A DNA stretch of 62,626 nt, filler included, from Hausera hauseri (GCA_046269625.1; 12 parts of 12 records of this genome joined end to end with filler, not necessarily neighbours in it), one strand, 5' to 3'. Counted from the whole stretch's first letter, positions 1 through 13,005 are shown. Translations and numbers: made by a program. The notes: generated by a model not told the origin, from the sequence alone.

Positions 1-313
1 TTGACTATGTATCATGCAAATAAATAAATATGTGTACGTATTTCCTTCTTTCTGTAAATAATGTTCATGACATGTTTAGCAGTATTGGTCAGTTGTATAG
101 TTCAAAAACCATAAATATGGGTAGGTTATAATAATAATCATCATGGACTATAATGGAAATCGTACACATTTATTACGAATGACTTCAGTATCATTCTGAT
201 GAGGCAATACTCACAAAGGAAATATCTATTGTTTACAATGAAAGCAAAATAATATGAACAAATTTGATATAAATAAAGATGCAGTTTCATTTCACGTCTG
301 TCTCTTTTAAACA

Positions 314-688
314 ATGTCTTTGGAAAACAATTCAGCAGGTGATGAGAGTCTCTCTAAAAAGCCAAGGTACAGCGAATATTCGCTCAGAAATTCCTGGTCG
401 TATAATGGATACAACTTACATTATCTGCGCAACGCTATTCAATTGCCACTTGACGCAAACAGTGAAAATCAAACCGATAAAATATTGTCTATTGGTGAAA
501 AGATCAGCGACGATGATTTAGATAAAATAGAATACACAATTAGAAAATTTGACAGTGATTTGGTGTTGACTAAAAATATCCGAGACACATCATCGATTTT
601 TCTCCAAGGAAATATAGCAAAAATTGTCAATTCATATGGAGAACAAACAGCAGAAGCAGCAGTTTTGCCACCGGAAGGAACTAAATGA
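314..688 (+). CDS. Unknown ORF converging on the Polinton polB 3' end (possible Polinton accessory gene, probably degraded)
   Basis: 124-aa ORF; coding-like sequence continues past the TGA (YLTLELKGFK); AATAAA-rich intergenic region at 820-960 before the polB stop. Confidence 0.3.
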   Translation: MSLENNSAGDESLSKKPRYSEYSLRNSWSYNGYNLHYLRNAIQLPLDANSENQTDKILSIGEKISDDDLDKIEYTIRKFDSDLVLTKNIRDTSSIFLQGNIAKIVNSYGEQTAEAAVLPPEGTK

Positions 689-1074
689 TACCTGACACTG
701 GAGCTCAAAGGATTCAAAAAAAGGAGCGGCGTCAAATCCTCATTATGAAAAGGGGGAAGTTTATTACGATTTAACTGAATTACTTTATGTGTTTTTGTGA
801 TTTTATTTTTTCTCCGATCAATAAATAAATGTATTCGTGTTACCTATTTTGTTTTCTCGTACAAGGTTATTGTTTTACTCTTACTTCTATCTCACTTAAT
901 AATAATAGGTTAAGTAAGTAACCGAAAACTTAAACACAAAAGACACTGAACAAAATGCGTTATTGAAATATACAACAAAACAATATACAAGGGATAATTT
1001 TCAGTGATTGCCACAGTAACTGAACTGAAGTGATTTGTCTGAACCGACAAAGCACTGATTGTTTGGACGTGCGT

Positions 1075-3200
1075 TTATTTTAGCCGCCAATGTCCGTACG
1101 CCCAACTCTTATTTCGCCCAACCCACTTTCGCCTATAATCGTTACATGACAAAGTTATTGTGTACATTTGGTGCTTAATTGATCGGATGATCATTTGAGA
1201 CACAAAAGCCACTGATTGTCTTTATTCTGCTGCTGCTGATTCTTCATATATACGGCGATAATAACCGTGGCCGATTTCCGTCTGCTTCAGCTGGACTTCT
1301 TTTGTCTGCATTTTGCGTTTAAAGACCGTCAGAAGACTGTAGCACTTTGGGCGTAGGAATATCCGTTCCCGATACTGAACCCTGCCTTCACTTTCATCCT
1401 TGAAGCAGCCGATGTTGTTGGTGATGGCGCTGCTGTACAACAGATGATCCTGTGCGTAGTTGGATGTGTCCAGTAATCCATCCTACTACGCTTGCTGCAC
1501 TAACTGTTCGCGATTGATTTTTTCAGCCGCAGAAAAAAACTGTCTCTGTCACCGCAATTATACTTATGTCACAGCCGTCAAACATTATCCGGTAACGTGC
1601 CAAGTCACGATACTGTAGCTCATACATCCATAACTTGCTCAGATTCAATAGCACTTGTCCGATGTAACTTGGCCGGCCCAGAACGACTTCTTCTCTGTTT
1701 AACAACACCGCAACCAATCCATCGGCAATGTGTATTTACCGCCGAAACTGTGCCTTGCTAGTATACGAAACCAGCCGCTTTTCTTTGTTGCATAGGCGTA
1801 CATTGAGCCACTTTTTTTGATTATCCACTGTTTATTCGTACAGGGAATTGTTTTTCAGCTTGTAATAGTCCTTTTCGAACTTTGTACATGCTGCTTCTCG
1901 TTTCTCCTAATTTCAATCTATGTACTCCTTGAATATGGGAGCCTGAGCAAATCGGATTGCGCGATGTAGCCGTTTGACTCGTACATCTAACTGCATGTAA
2001 AATTGCAACAGACACCAATGAGCTATGTACTTTTTCTTGGGTTCATGCATCATAAGCAGCTTCTTTACCTTCGAGCATGGCGGACATTGGCTAATTGGTG
2101 CGACCGGCAGCTCATTCAAAAAGTCCTGCAGCTCATATGGTACCACGAGATCGACTTCCATCAGGTATCCGATTGAGCTGTTTTCTGTTTTTGTCGTGTC
2201 TGCTCTCGACGGAGTTTCCACTATTGTATCCAGGTCCTGTTTGTTCCCTACCCATTCAGATGAACCGTACGGCAAGGGTTGTGAAAGCGCCCAGTCGTAC
2301 AGGTCATTAATGTCGATATACAACAGTGATGTTGTATCATCACAGGTTACGTGATACTTGTTGACAAATGTCATGCCGCCATGAATACCAACATCAAACA
2401 TTCGGTACATTTCCGGAACATCAGAGCTGATGCCCAACTCATTCAGGGTATTGAGTAAAAGTTGAGTGGTTCCAGCCTAATTTCTGCCAACGCTTTCTCT
2501 CGAAACGTCTGGAGCACATCGTCTAATAAGTATACGTCCAGTTTAAGATACTAGAGCATGTAATCCAACATGTTTCTACAGCCCAGTTCTGTCCAAAATT
2601 CTTGTGCTCTTCAATCTTCATCTTCTGTAATACCTCTCCATCGCGGCGATAATTCCTGTACTGTCCGGAGTCGCTCATATGATGTCGAAAATTCATATGG
2701 AAATATGCTTTTGCTATGTGCAATGTGTGAGGAACTGCGTTGAGTTTATCGGCACTTCCTGTAAGACATTTATCAACTTCTCCAATGATTCATTGCGAAA
2801 TTCCAATGAATAAAGACAGCCTACATGGAACCGACTTATGCGTGCTGATATGGACAAATACTTCTCCATTGTTGTTGGGATTATGGTTTGCTCCCAGTGC
2901 GAAAATCCGTTGATGGCCCATTTCAGTATATGATGACAATCATAACCTCGGAAATTATGAAAGATCTTCCAAATACGGTACGGCTCGATGTGACAATTAC
3001 CATTGTTTCCTGTTACCTTCAACGTTTTCAAATTCTGCAAGTACATAATATTGCACTTGGAAGTTGTTACGTTTGAATTTCTCCATCTCTAATTACAACC
3101 GGCTGCACATACCGGACGGAACATGTCTCAGCTATAGTGTTGTTGTCCCCGACATGTTTACTTTGTGACCACGTACGATATGTTTAGATCGTACTTGACA
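1075..3200 (-). pseudogene. polB: Polinton/Maverick protein-primed DNA polymerase B, copy 1 (frameshifted, internally deleted)
   Basis: Motifs IFHNFRGYDCHH, GIHGGM..YIDINDLY..ALSQPLPYG, GCFKDE..FLRPKCYS and C-terminal IRSIKHQMYT..AYGHW; many stops and frameshifts. Confidence 0.9.
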
Positions 3201-3750
3201 GTAATAGAAGGTTCCTCCTGTTGCATGTGCTACTGTTCGGTACTGTTTCCAATGTATTCGTCAAGATTTGTTGAGGCCTGACGTTTCCAGCTTGTTGTTG
3301 AGGGTATACTGGTTTTCTTATCGCCATCACTATTTCCTTTTTGTACCACTGAAACTGGTTCAAGTGGTCCTTGTGCTGGTTATAAAATTTTTCATAGTCG
3401 ATTTCATCAAATATCGAACAACCGGAACAAATGTAGGCCCGTTTACCGTGCACCGTTGTGACTCCATGGTACTGCTCTATTACGCTATGGCAACCATCAA
3501 CATCATGCACTATGCTACTACAGTATCGCGGGTATGTGGGGCAATGCACAATCATCATCTTCTTTCACACATAAACGGGCAAAAATGAGGCTTGTGCATC
3601 GCATAAAAGTCGGAGCATGGACAAGGGGCCGAAATACTAGCGCATGTTGGGCACAAATGTGATTCCGTGCCAACGGTATAATATTTAGCCATCTGCTAAT
3701 GGCACTGCTCCTGCTGCACATGTATGCACGAGAAGCAATACATGGGATAA
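3184..3750 (-). pseudogene. Cys/His-rich duplicated zinc-finger-like region upstream of (or N-terminal to) Polinton polB
   Basis: YICSGC..FYNQHKDHL; homologues at 48228-48727 and 54495-54930. Confidence 0.6.
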
Positions 3751-3928
3751 TTAGTACACTTATGAATGGAAAGCAAAATAAAATAAATGTTTTATATTAA
3801 GTTATAAATACTATAAATTGAAATATGACAATTTATTTGTCGGNNNNNNNNNNAAAAAAAGTCTCCTTACTCCCTTATAAACAATTATTCTAAACGCTAC
3901 AACAACAACAGCAACAACTAAAAATCAC

Positions 3929-4140
3929 ATGGAACAGTACATTGAAAGAGAGATTAAGAAATTGTCCGATGACATTTTAACTGGACATGTGTTTGATGTT
4001 CAGTTTTTGTGTGAGTTCGCAGAAACCAGAATAATTAGTAGACAGGAATATATTGAATTAATTATCAGATCTCTATTCATACAGTGTATCAAAGATGAAA
4101 TGAGACGAAACGGCAACAAGAACGATGGATTAATTTCCTC
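3929..4140 (+). CDS. Polinton accessory small protein A (GHVFDVQFLCE family), copy 1, truncated at contig end
   Basis: Near-identical peptide at 48820-49152 and 55157-55393. Confidence 0.7.
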
Positions 4141-4240
4141 NNNNNNNNNNNNNNNNNNNNNNNNNNNNNNNNNNNNNNNNNNNNTTAATTAATTAANNNN
4201 NNNNNNNNNNNNNNNNNNNNNNNNNNNNNNNNNNNNNNNN
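4141..4240. other. Artificial contig-joining spacer N44-TTAATTAATTAA-N44; recurs at 9380, 14656, 21289, 25448, 30640, 36072, 42045, 46239, 50331 and 56065
   Basis: The identical 100-nt spacer, with stops in all six frames, occurs 11 times, and sequence content changes abruptly across each one. Confidence 0.97.
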
Positions 4241-5690
4241 AAGTTCCTTTTGCTGAATGTTAATCAAACTCTTCCGAGGATCATAGTTTACTTGGACCAG
4301 TATCCAATCTATAACAGTTTCTTTATCCAGATCGGGAATTTTGCCTACGCTCTGGTAGACTTGTTATTGTTTTTTCAACATTAACTTGATCTGGGCGTCC
4401 ACATTAATTGATAGTTTGCCTGTACTTTTGATTTAAATACTGGAGCTAAGTATTGTCTTATTTCTTGGTTTTTTCAAACGTATGCACCATCTGGGGTATC
4501 GCGCATTCCGGCGTTTTTCACATAGTATATTGCTTCTTTCAGTTTCTGGTGGCTGCAATATTCTTCTATAATTAATAACTTGGAGTAGTCTTTACTTGTT
4601 GAATAATGGACATTTTCTTGGGATTTTTTTTCTTAAGTACGTTCACTCCTGTAAATATATGCGTAGAATCGTTTTCTGACTTTCTTCTTGGTGCTTGAGT
4701 TTTAACTTTTTTCTGGACCTTTTCGGACTGATTTACGTCTATTTCATTCGGGATTCTGTAATCCTAGTGTTAGTTTGGGAACTTCCTTCTATTACTTTCT
4801 TTCGTTTTGGGTTTTTGCCTCCTCTGTTTGTAATTTCGTATCTTGTTTTTCTTCGGACAATTTTGTCTCCTTTACGGATTTCTTTTCTCCTTTTTCTTCT
4901 TCACGGTTTTTTTTCTAAACAAGTAGTCGTCGAGTTATATTTTTCTCTTGTTTACGGACACTGCGGCTTCGATCTTCTTTTCCTTGGAGTTGCTGCTCTT
5001 TTCTTGATGCTTTTGGGAATTTCTGGTATCTTGAAGGTTGTTTGTGGTTCAGCACTCTTTATGGAAATCTCCGAGCATAAGATGTAACTAGTACTAGGTC
5101 TGTCGTCTATTTTCGGTTGTGTAGCTACAGGTTCTGAGTTGGATCCTTGTATGGTTATTCGGTAGTTTGCTCGTTCTTTAGCATCGATAATTCTATGGGA
5201 AGAAGAAGACCGGAAATATCGTCTGTGTCTAGCGCTCAGTTTTCTGGATTACTGGAGCTTCGCCAGTTTTTGACTCGGGTTGTATGGGATCCATTCATGG
5301 TCTCATTTTAATCCTGCATACATGTCACGTAAATATTGGGAACGTGTACTAGCTGTTAATAAATGGCTTATTCTGAGGTGCTTACTGCTCATTGATTTGA
5401 GCATTAACTTAAATCGGTCTTCATCGGTCGGTGGTAGATATCCATTTCCTTCCTTAAGGGTCTGTTCCATTCGTTCCATTATTGTAGGATGGCTTTCTAT
5501 TTCTCGCATTCCTGTTAAATGTGTGATGGGCAACTTTAATTTTTCCACGATCTTTTTTACCTAATATCCGACTAGGATACATCCGTACATACAGTGTGTT
5601 AGTTCTTCGCGGACCAGTTCAATATGCTTACCGTGGGATAGTTGTTCTTTCTTTATTTTGTAACGTCGTTTTAATAATGCTTTTTTCTTT
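4241..5690 (-). pseudogene. Degenerate K/R-rich ORF remnants next to the non-LTR element
   Basis: Fragmented minus-strand ORFs; the LLTASTR segment resembles LLATASTR in the 17964-18203 ORF. Confidence 0.3.
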
Positions 5691-5749
5691 AGTGTAGTTT
5701 TAATATCATATGTTTATAATCTAAACTTTATATTATACTGAAAGCAGCT

Positions 5750-8700
5750 TAATATGCTGCATAATGACCTTTAAACAGCTAAATTCTTTTACTATTTTAC
5801 CTTTAATTTACTTTTGAACTTTATAAAATACATTGTTTGTTCTTTAGTGTTGTTTCTGATAAACTTCACCCACTCAGGCCTGTTATTGCACCTCTGGCAT
5901 AAGACACTAGCCAGGGTGGCCTTAAGCAAAATGCAGATACTTATATTAGGTTTTGCCAGTCTTCCTTGTCTCTTCTGTAACATTGCACCCCCAGGCAGCC
6001 AACAAATTTCCCCTGTTTGATAAGCTTCCATTGTTTTATTATTACAGGATCAAATTATTATGTTCGCATATTATCAACAATCGATAGAGAACTTTTAAAG
6101 CCATCTGCTAGTGTTGCTTTGCATAAACATAGCACGTGTGTTAGTCTTTTCAAGGGGCTATTACATCATCTGCAAAATTTGGCCTCGTTGCAATATTTGT
6201 CTCGATTAACCAAGCAGTTTGTTCTGGACTTGTTAATAAATCTCCAGATGTAGATTGTAATGTTGGAGTATAGTACGGGAATTGCGGTTGGACAAAGTGA
6301 TACCACTTCTCTGCATTCACCATGTCATGCCTGCCATTGCAACTCGTACATGTATGATCTTTTCAGTAATTCGTGTAGCTCTCTAGTTAGGAGTCGCTTC
6401 TTATCAAGTTTTATTATCATTTCTTTATGAAGAATTTGACTCGCTATGGAAGCGTGTCAGATTTAGTAAAAATGTCGGTTTCTTTATAAAATGTGACCGT
6501 TATCTTTCTCTTGTTAGCCATGTATCAAATGGCATGTCTGACAGGCTACCACCATGTGTTGTTTGGTAGTCTGATACACCCATTGTTAAGCCAATTCAAA
6601 GATTCTGAGATGTTGGTAATCTTCTTTGCCTCATCATCAGATCGTGCAGCAGCAATCATTTTCCCTTCAGCTATAATTGGTATGGCCTCGTGCTCAGCGG
6701 TTAATATATTATTTGCCTGGACAATGACTTGAATGTAGTATTCGTCTAGAACGAGGTCAGATTTATCCCGCCGTCCTTTATGTCGGTATACACCTTTCAT
6801 GGCAAAATCTGACGGCCCAGATAAACTTTCGTGCTTCAGACTCCATGTCAGCGAATTTATCATAGTTGATTAGGTGCATTAGTTCTTTGCCATTCAGGTA
6901 GCCTACTTCAAAGTCTACGTTTCTGAAAACAAATATAAAGCCGGAATGTATGAACGTTTTGTATGTATCCAGTTTTGCCATGGTAGAAGATTGCTTTTTT
7001 GGATTTTCTTCATGTCTCGGATGCATTCGAGTATAAGGTCTGAAGGTGGTTCCTTTCCATTATATGAAGGATTAACTTCTAGATACCTATAGGTAATGTC
7101 GTCTTTGATCTTACTGATTTCTTGATCGTAAATTTTTAGTTGAACGAATGGATTATATTGTTGACATAAGTAACCACATTTTGGGGATTGAAAGCTAATC
7201 CCACTCAGTTTTCCAAGTATTTTGCGCAGGTTATCATTTCTTGAAGCAACTTTCTGGTCATAACAATGAGCGAAAGGTACATTGCGTAACCCAGTACTGT
7301 TATACTTTGACCGTTGAGCGCGTAACTTGCTTCTGACTTTTTTCTAACTTCTCCCGCAGAGGATTGATGCCGATGCTAAATAGGAACTGTAAATGTATGT
7401 AAAGTGCTTATTGGCACGTATATGTAATAAGAGCTGCAACCTTCGTACAGAACCTTTATCATGTTGGCTGGATCAGTATTTCACCCCATACGGATCAGTA
7501 TCGCGTGGATTATTTCCTTTGGAATAGTCTCAAAGGCATCTTTGATATAGAGAAAGGCAACGTTGCAGTTTAAGGTGTTGTTTCTTTTCTCATGCACAAG
7601 TATTGACGTGAGAATGAAATTGTGCTCAGCAGATCCTTTGTGTGGACCCATATTTTTCTGGAACGGGTGTAACAGGTTGTCATTTTGAATCCATATTTGA
7701 AGTTGTGATGCTAGTAGTTCCGTGAATATTTTGTAAGAGGAGAGGAGTGCAATTGGTCGCCATAAGTTAATGGAATTGTATTCGCCATCTTTGCCTTTCT
7801 TTGGGATAAGTAGGGTTTTGAACTGCTTCCAACATAATGGAGTGGTGTTGGTTGATATTATTTTGCTGAAGATAGATTCTAGAATTTTGCACTCTGGGTC
7901 GGTGTATATAATGTCTTTGATGTCTTCAAAAATTGCGCATTTCTTACGTTTTCTTATATGCATTCGAATTTCTTTAGCTAAAATTGAGTAAAACTGGATA
8001 TCGAGTCCTTGCCTCAAGCCGAATCCACCATTCCAGTCTACGGGTTCTGGTACTCGATTTTTCAGTGAGTAGTAATCAACAATGTTTCCATGGGATTGAT
8101 GATCAAAGACTAGTGAATCGTCCAGGATTCTTTTCATGGCAATTTTCTTTTATTTTAAGTACTGCTTTCTAATATTCCTTTCATCTATTAGACGGTCGAA
8201 GGTTTTGCGGTCCTGTCGAATGTTTTTCCTTGGAGTCTTTTCATCACATATTTGCAGGATGTAAGAGTATAGATTTTTATAACTTTTTCGATGTTTCATT
8301 CGGTCCATGACAGAGACAAGATCAGCAGCTGTCTGTTTCCGATTATTCAATGACTGCCTTGTTACAGATATATTTGGGGTTGACAGTTGTGGTATCTGAT
8401 GGTTATATATAGTCAGGAGTTCGATTTTCATAAGATCCAAGTTGATTACTGCTGATGAGTTGATTTTCAGATCCTTTAAAATAGTCTTGCATATGTACTT
8501 GCACAGTTGCGACATGAATTTTATGCGCTTCTGCTTGTTTAACGTCCATGAACTTTAATTTTTCGTTTCGGGGGAAGTTGTTTAACAGAGTTTTTAAGAT
8601 TTTCCCGCATCCTGTAGCATCCTCTATATTCGACGAAAATTTTGCAGGTTTCCTCTTCAAGTGATGCTAGGAATGTTAAGCGAATCAAGTAGTATATGTT

Positions 8701-8970
8701 GTTGATGTGCACAAAGTCTGAAAAACATATTGTAAGTCGGATGATGGAGGTTGGTGGCATGTGCCTGGAGATCAGCTCTTTGGCTATGTTCCATGTTGCC
8801 ATTAGATGAAGCTTCATAGTACAACCATCATTTAGAAATTCTGTGAATCTCAGTTACGTTTTGGTAGATTTTTTCGCAGTTTAGTCATTCTCGGAATTCA
8901 ACGCATGTTACTAGAGAATCAGCTTTCATTTCTTTGGAGTGATCTTTTTTCCAATAGCTCAGCAGTGACT
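5750..8970 (-). mobile_element. Decayed R2/NeSL-group non-LTR retrotransposon (RT plus CCHC zinc knuckle, probable RLE endonuclease)
   Basis: LLIPKKGKD..WRPIALLSSYKIF, HPFQK..GSAEHNFIL, VAFLYIKDAF; later LDTYKTFIHS; C-terminal [17 protein letters not shown] at ~6115-6175. Confidence 0.85.
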
Positions 8971-8973
8971 TTT

Positions 8974-9379
8974 TATTATTGGATGTGAGGGAAATTTCTG
9001 TTGTGTTTTTTAAAGAAATCAAAATAACTCTTTTCCCTTTTAATTTAAAATTTAACCCAAAATATAATTCTCATTGTTAGTTAAAACTGTTTGCCAACTT
9101 TCTGGAAGCTTATCCAATCCACTGAAGAAGAAGTCATCGATTTGGAGACAAAATAATCCTCCAGTGCCATTTGGACATTTTCAAATGTGTGCATTCATTT
9201 CCATTAAGGACGTTTTGCAGCGATCTGAGTAGGTTGTAGTCCGATGATACAATATCGGGGAACATGGGGATAAAGTAAAATTTCGCAACCAAACTTTACA
9301 ATTTTTATACGATTTTCCTTGCCACATGCAGTTTGGCGTTGTCGTGATGAAACACTATACCCTTTCTGTTGGCCAGAGA
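8974..9379 (-). mobile_element. Mariner (D,D34D) transposase 3' remnant plus probable terminal repeat, interrupting the non-LTR element
   Basis: Manual translation: VFHHDNAKLH..PDIVSSDYNLLRSLQNVLNG..GLDKLPESWQTV; ends at a TA at ~8974. Confidence 0.85.
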
Positions 9380-9479
9380 NNNNNNNNNNNNNNNNNNNNN
9401 NNNNNNNNNNNNNNNNNNNNNNNTTAATTAATTAANNNNNNNNNNNNNNNNNNNNNNNNNNNNNNNNNNNNNNNNNNNN

Positions 9480-11872
9480 CATGCCGCACACTCCTTAACC
9501 CATGCCTGTACGTCTGTTTTCATTGATGGCCATGTAACTTGGCGTTTTAAGAGGTGATATGTGGCCTTGGATCCTGGATGGTGTAAGGCATGAATGTTTG
9601 TAAAGGCTATTTTTCGGAGAGAAGGGACTAATATGATTTTAGGCCATCCAGGGTCGGTGGTATCGAAGGCCACGCCATCAATGATGTTAAAAGATTTATA
9701 AGCAAGGAGAGTTTCATCGTCCGGTTGATTCCGTCTAAGTGTTTCATCATCTAAAATTGGTTTAAAAGTTATTGAGTCGACTGAACGAGACAAAAAATCA
9801 GCCACGACGTTGTCTGTACCATTTATATGTTTAATTGTAAAGTTAAAAGTTGACAAATAGGATATATGTCTTTCCTGACGCGGAGAAGGAGATTTCATAG
9901 TGAAAATGTGCAGCAGTGGTTTGTGGTCCGTCTGAATTGTAAAAGTACGTGATGTTAGGAGGTGTTTAAAATGCTTGACGGCGAGGACCATGGCTAAAAG
10001 TTCTCTGTCGAAGGCAGAGTATTTTTGTTCTGTTGTGGTAAATTTTCTGGAGAAAAATTCTAAAGGTTGATGCGAATTGTTTTTATATTGGTGGAGTACT
10101 GCGCCTGCTGCAACAGTTGATGCGTCAGTTGTGAGAAAAAGTTCTGATGTAGAATCTGGATAGGCTAATATTTCCACTGTTTTGAGGTTTGATTTGAGAT
10201 GTTCGAAAGCATTAACAAGTTCAGGTGTCCAAGTAATAGGCTGTTTCTTTTTTCCAGAACTTAAAGTGGCGAATGGAGCAGTTAAGGTTGAACAGTGAGG
10301 CACATATTTGTGGACGAAGTGTAAGGTGCCTAGAAAGGAACGCATTTCTGAAGTCGTACGTGGAAGCTGAATATTTTTCAATTGGGTAATACGGTCTTGT
10401 TGTGGAGCGTGTCCAGTTGGAGTGATGATGTGTCCAAGGAAATGGATTTGTTGTTTGAAAAAGGAACATTTTGTGAAATTTACCTGAAGATTGTTTTGGT
10501 GAAGTCGCTTGAAAACAATGCGGAGATGTTCAATATGCTGTTTAGAGGATGAAGAAGCAATTAAAATATCGTCGATATAAGGATATACAAAGTCTAGATC
10601 TGCGAGGACAGTGTCTATATGCCTCTGAAAGGTTTGGGCTGCGCTGCGTAATCCGAACGGCATATATAAGTACTCAAAAAGTCCAAAGGGAGTTGTTACT
10701 GCCGTCTTTGGAATATCCAGTGGTGCTACCGGGATTTGGTGATATGCCTTATGTAGATCAATGCTAGAGAAGATGGTGGAGCCGTGTAGTCTGTGTAAAA
10801 TGTCGTTAATTAGCGGCAGTGGATAGGCGTCCATGGTTGTGATTAGATTTAATTGCCTGTAGTCTCCGCATGGGCGAAAAGAGCCGTCCTTTTTCGGTAC
10901 AAGGTGTAATGGCGAAGCCCATGGAGATTTAGATCTCCTAACGATGCCTGAGCGTAATAATTCGGAAAATTCGGCTTCGACTGCTTGTCTGCGACGTGGA
11001 GATAGTGGCCTTACTTTTTGACGTATTGGTCGCTGATGTTCGGTGACAATATGGTGAAAAGTATGCATGGCTGGTTTAAAAGTTTTGTCCTTCTGCAACA
11101 AACGAGTGCAAGAAGAAGATACGTAAGATCGTAATTCTGGTGGGAGTGATGATAAGGTAGTTGGCGGTGATGGTGTTGCCATTAGCTTGGTGTCGGTTAT
11201 AGAAGAAGTGGTATTATGGGGACTAGGTGGAATTTGGTGCAATATGGTGGAATTGAAAATGGTGTTACGAGCAGTTTCATTGGCGAAGAATGTCGAGGAA
11301 TTGACACTATCATATTTGTCAACCGTATTGTAATAGTTCCTGAATAGAGGATGACTATAATAATAATGTAAATCAAAATATGATTCTTTTAGGACGGGTT
11401 TACGAACAGTGATCGCGCGCTCGGTCGCCGAAATGCTATTCACTTGCGAAGATTGATCTAAATAGTTTGATTTAATCAAACAACAGCGTCTGCAGTCTAC
11501 CAGTAATTGATAGTGGGATAGAAAATCTGATCCCAATATAGGTGTTTGGACGTTAGCAACAGTAAATGTCCAATTGTATATGTTTTTAATATCCGGCAAC
11601 GTGAAAGAGATGTTGGTGGTACCAAAAATATGTAATGGTGCTCCTGATGCAGTGAATAATTTCTTGTATGAATGTGTTTTATTCTGTACCTCGTATCTGG
11701 GCGGAAGCAGGGAAACTGCTGCTCCGGTGTCGATGAGGAAATTGATATTTTGTTTTGTTGGAGTAACGACAGTTGCCTCCAATGTAAAAATGGCGAATGT
11801 TGTTTGTCGGCTGTTATTTTGCGAGGTGTTACCGTTGCTAGAGGTGGCCGAAAACTCTAGCGGTGTTACTAG
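9480..11872 (-). CDS. pol: Ty3/Gypsy Pol (protease, RT, RNase H, start of integrase), open to the contig end
   Basis: LIDTGA protease; SPWASPLHLVPKKDGSFRPCGDYRQLN, YMPFGL and YIDD (RT); TDAS..ELLA..TDHKPL..N.VADFLSR (RNase H); HALHHPG zinc-finger start; no internal stops. Confidence 0.97.
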
Positions 11873-11878
11873 TTTTTT
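11807..11878 (-). promoter_or_regulatory. -1 programmed ribosomal frameshift signal (A_AAA_AAC plus downstream stem/pseudoknot)
   Basis: gag ends CAA AAA AAC TAG; the -1 frame is open into pol; perfect stem GCTAGAG/CTCTAGC; loop TCGGC can pair with downstream GCCGA. Confidence 0.8.
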
Positions 11879-13005
11879 TGGTGTGATTGTTGTTGTTTAT
11901 TGTTTGAGAGTTGTTTGTAGTCGTTTGTGTTAAAGGTGCAACCTGGCAGGCATTTTATGGCCTTAGTGTTGAATTTTGAATGGTATATGCAGACGGTGTT
12001 GGTGGATTTGAATTTAGGTTCAAAGAATTTGCACCCTATGCAACATTTCAGTGCGTTATTTTTAAAATTACTGTGATAATAACAAATCGACGAACGCGCG
12101 GGCGATGGCGATCGTCTCTTACGTATAGAGTATTTATCGAAATGGGCGGCGCCAGGAAAATCTCGTTTTGGCAACGTTAATTGATTCAATTTATCGTTTA
12201 TGCTGTTGATGGAGTCTAGAAGCACTTTGTTATCCGCCTTTAATTGTGTTATTTGTTGTTGTAATGTGGTTTGTTGTATGTCACTTGGCGTGATGGTAGT
12301 AGAAATGAATGGTGTGGAGTGTACTTGTAACAGTTCGTATGATTTGTCTGCCAATTCTATTAATTTGTGAAGATCCAACGAGTCCTCAACCACGGCTAAC
12401 GGGCCCCTGATGTGTAAAGGTAAAGCATGAAGAAAGTATCGTCTTAAAAGGTCCGAGTTGTGTTCTTGGGTTACTCCGAGTGCCTTTAAGTTATTGAGAG
12501 CCATTTGGAAAAATTCAGAAGGTTTTTGATTACCAAGAGTGTTTTCGTTAAAGTAACGTTGGATGATAGAGTCTAAAGAAGGTTCTGTAAGGCGAAGTAC
12601 AGCGTTGTATAACTCTTTATAAGGATCAGACTGCTCGAAAAGTTGTAATAGATTCGGGATTCGAGTTTTGACAGAGGTTGGTAAGTAGTAAAAAAGACTG
12701 TGGGCCTTTGGAAGAGGATCAGTAATGTTGGCTGATTGTAGCCAAAGCTGGTGAAATTGGAGCCAGGTTTGGCTTGAATTCTGGTTGTCGGTGAAGAATT
12801 CAGTACAGTGGTGACCGAAAGGAAGACCGGGAGGTGTGACCGTACCAGCACAGCGTAAGATCGGGATAGATTTAGGTTTGTCGGTTGTGTCGATCGAAGG
12901 TGGTGAATTCATTCCGCCGTGAATGCGGAAGTGGACGTGGAGACAAATGTGTGTTGAAGAAAGTCGGAGTGTTCCAGAAGGAGGGACGATGGATCCGTTG
13001 TACAT
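11869..13005 (-). CDS. gag: Ty3/Gypsy Gag with duplicated CxxH..C..C knuckle (CsRn1-like type)
   Basis: LGNQKPSEF, FLHALPLHIR..LADK, CYYHSNF..ALKC..GC and CIYHSKF..AIKC..GC; directly upstream of pol. Confidence 0.9.
   Translation of the reverse strand: MYNGSIVPPSGTLRLSSTHICLHVHFRIHGGMNSPPSIDTTDKPKSIPILRCAGTVTPPGLPFGHHCTEFFTDNQNSSQTWLQFHQLWLQSANITDPLPKAHSLFYYLPTSVKTRIPNLLQLFEQSDPYKELYNAVLRLTEPSLDSIIQRYFNENTLGNQKPSEFFQMALNNLKALGVTQEHNSDLLRRYFLHALPLHIRGPLAVVEDSLDLHKLIELADKSYELLQVHSTPFISTTITPSDIQQTTLQQQITQLKADNKVLLDSINSINDKLNQLTLPKRDFPGAAHFDKYSIRKRRSPSPARSSICYYHSNFKNNALKCCIGCKFFEPKFKSTNTVCIYHSKFNTKAIKCLPGCTFNTNDYKQLSNNKQQQSHQKN

Noticed and set aside
1095-1140. Short CGCCCAAC repeats as a MITE end
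   Set aside because: They encode the polB C-terminus (KWVGRNKSWAYGHW) on the minus strand
4185-4196. Regularly recurring TTAATTAATTAA palindrome as a biological repeat or recombination site
   Set aside because: Always centred in a fixed 100-nt N run; it is an assembly linker with six-frame stops
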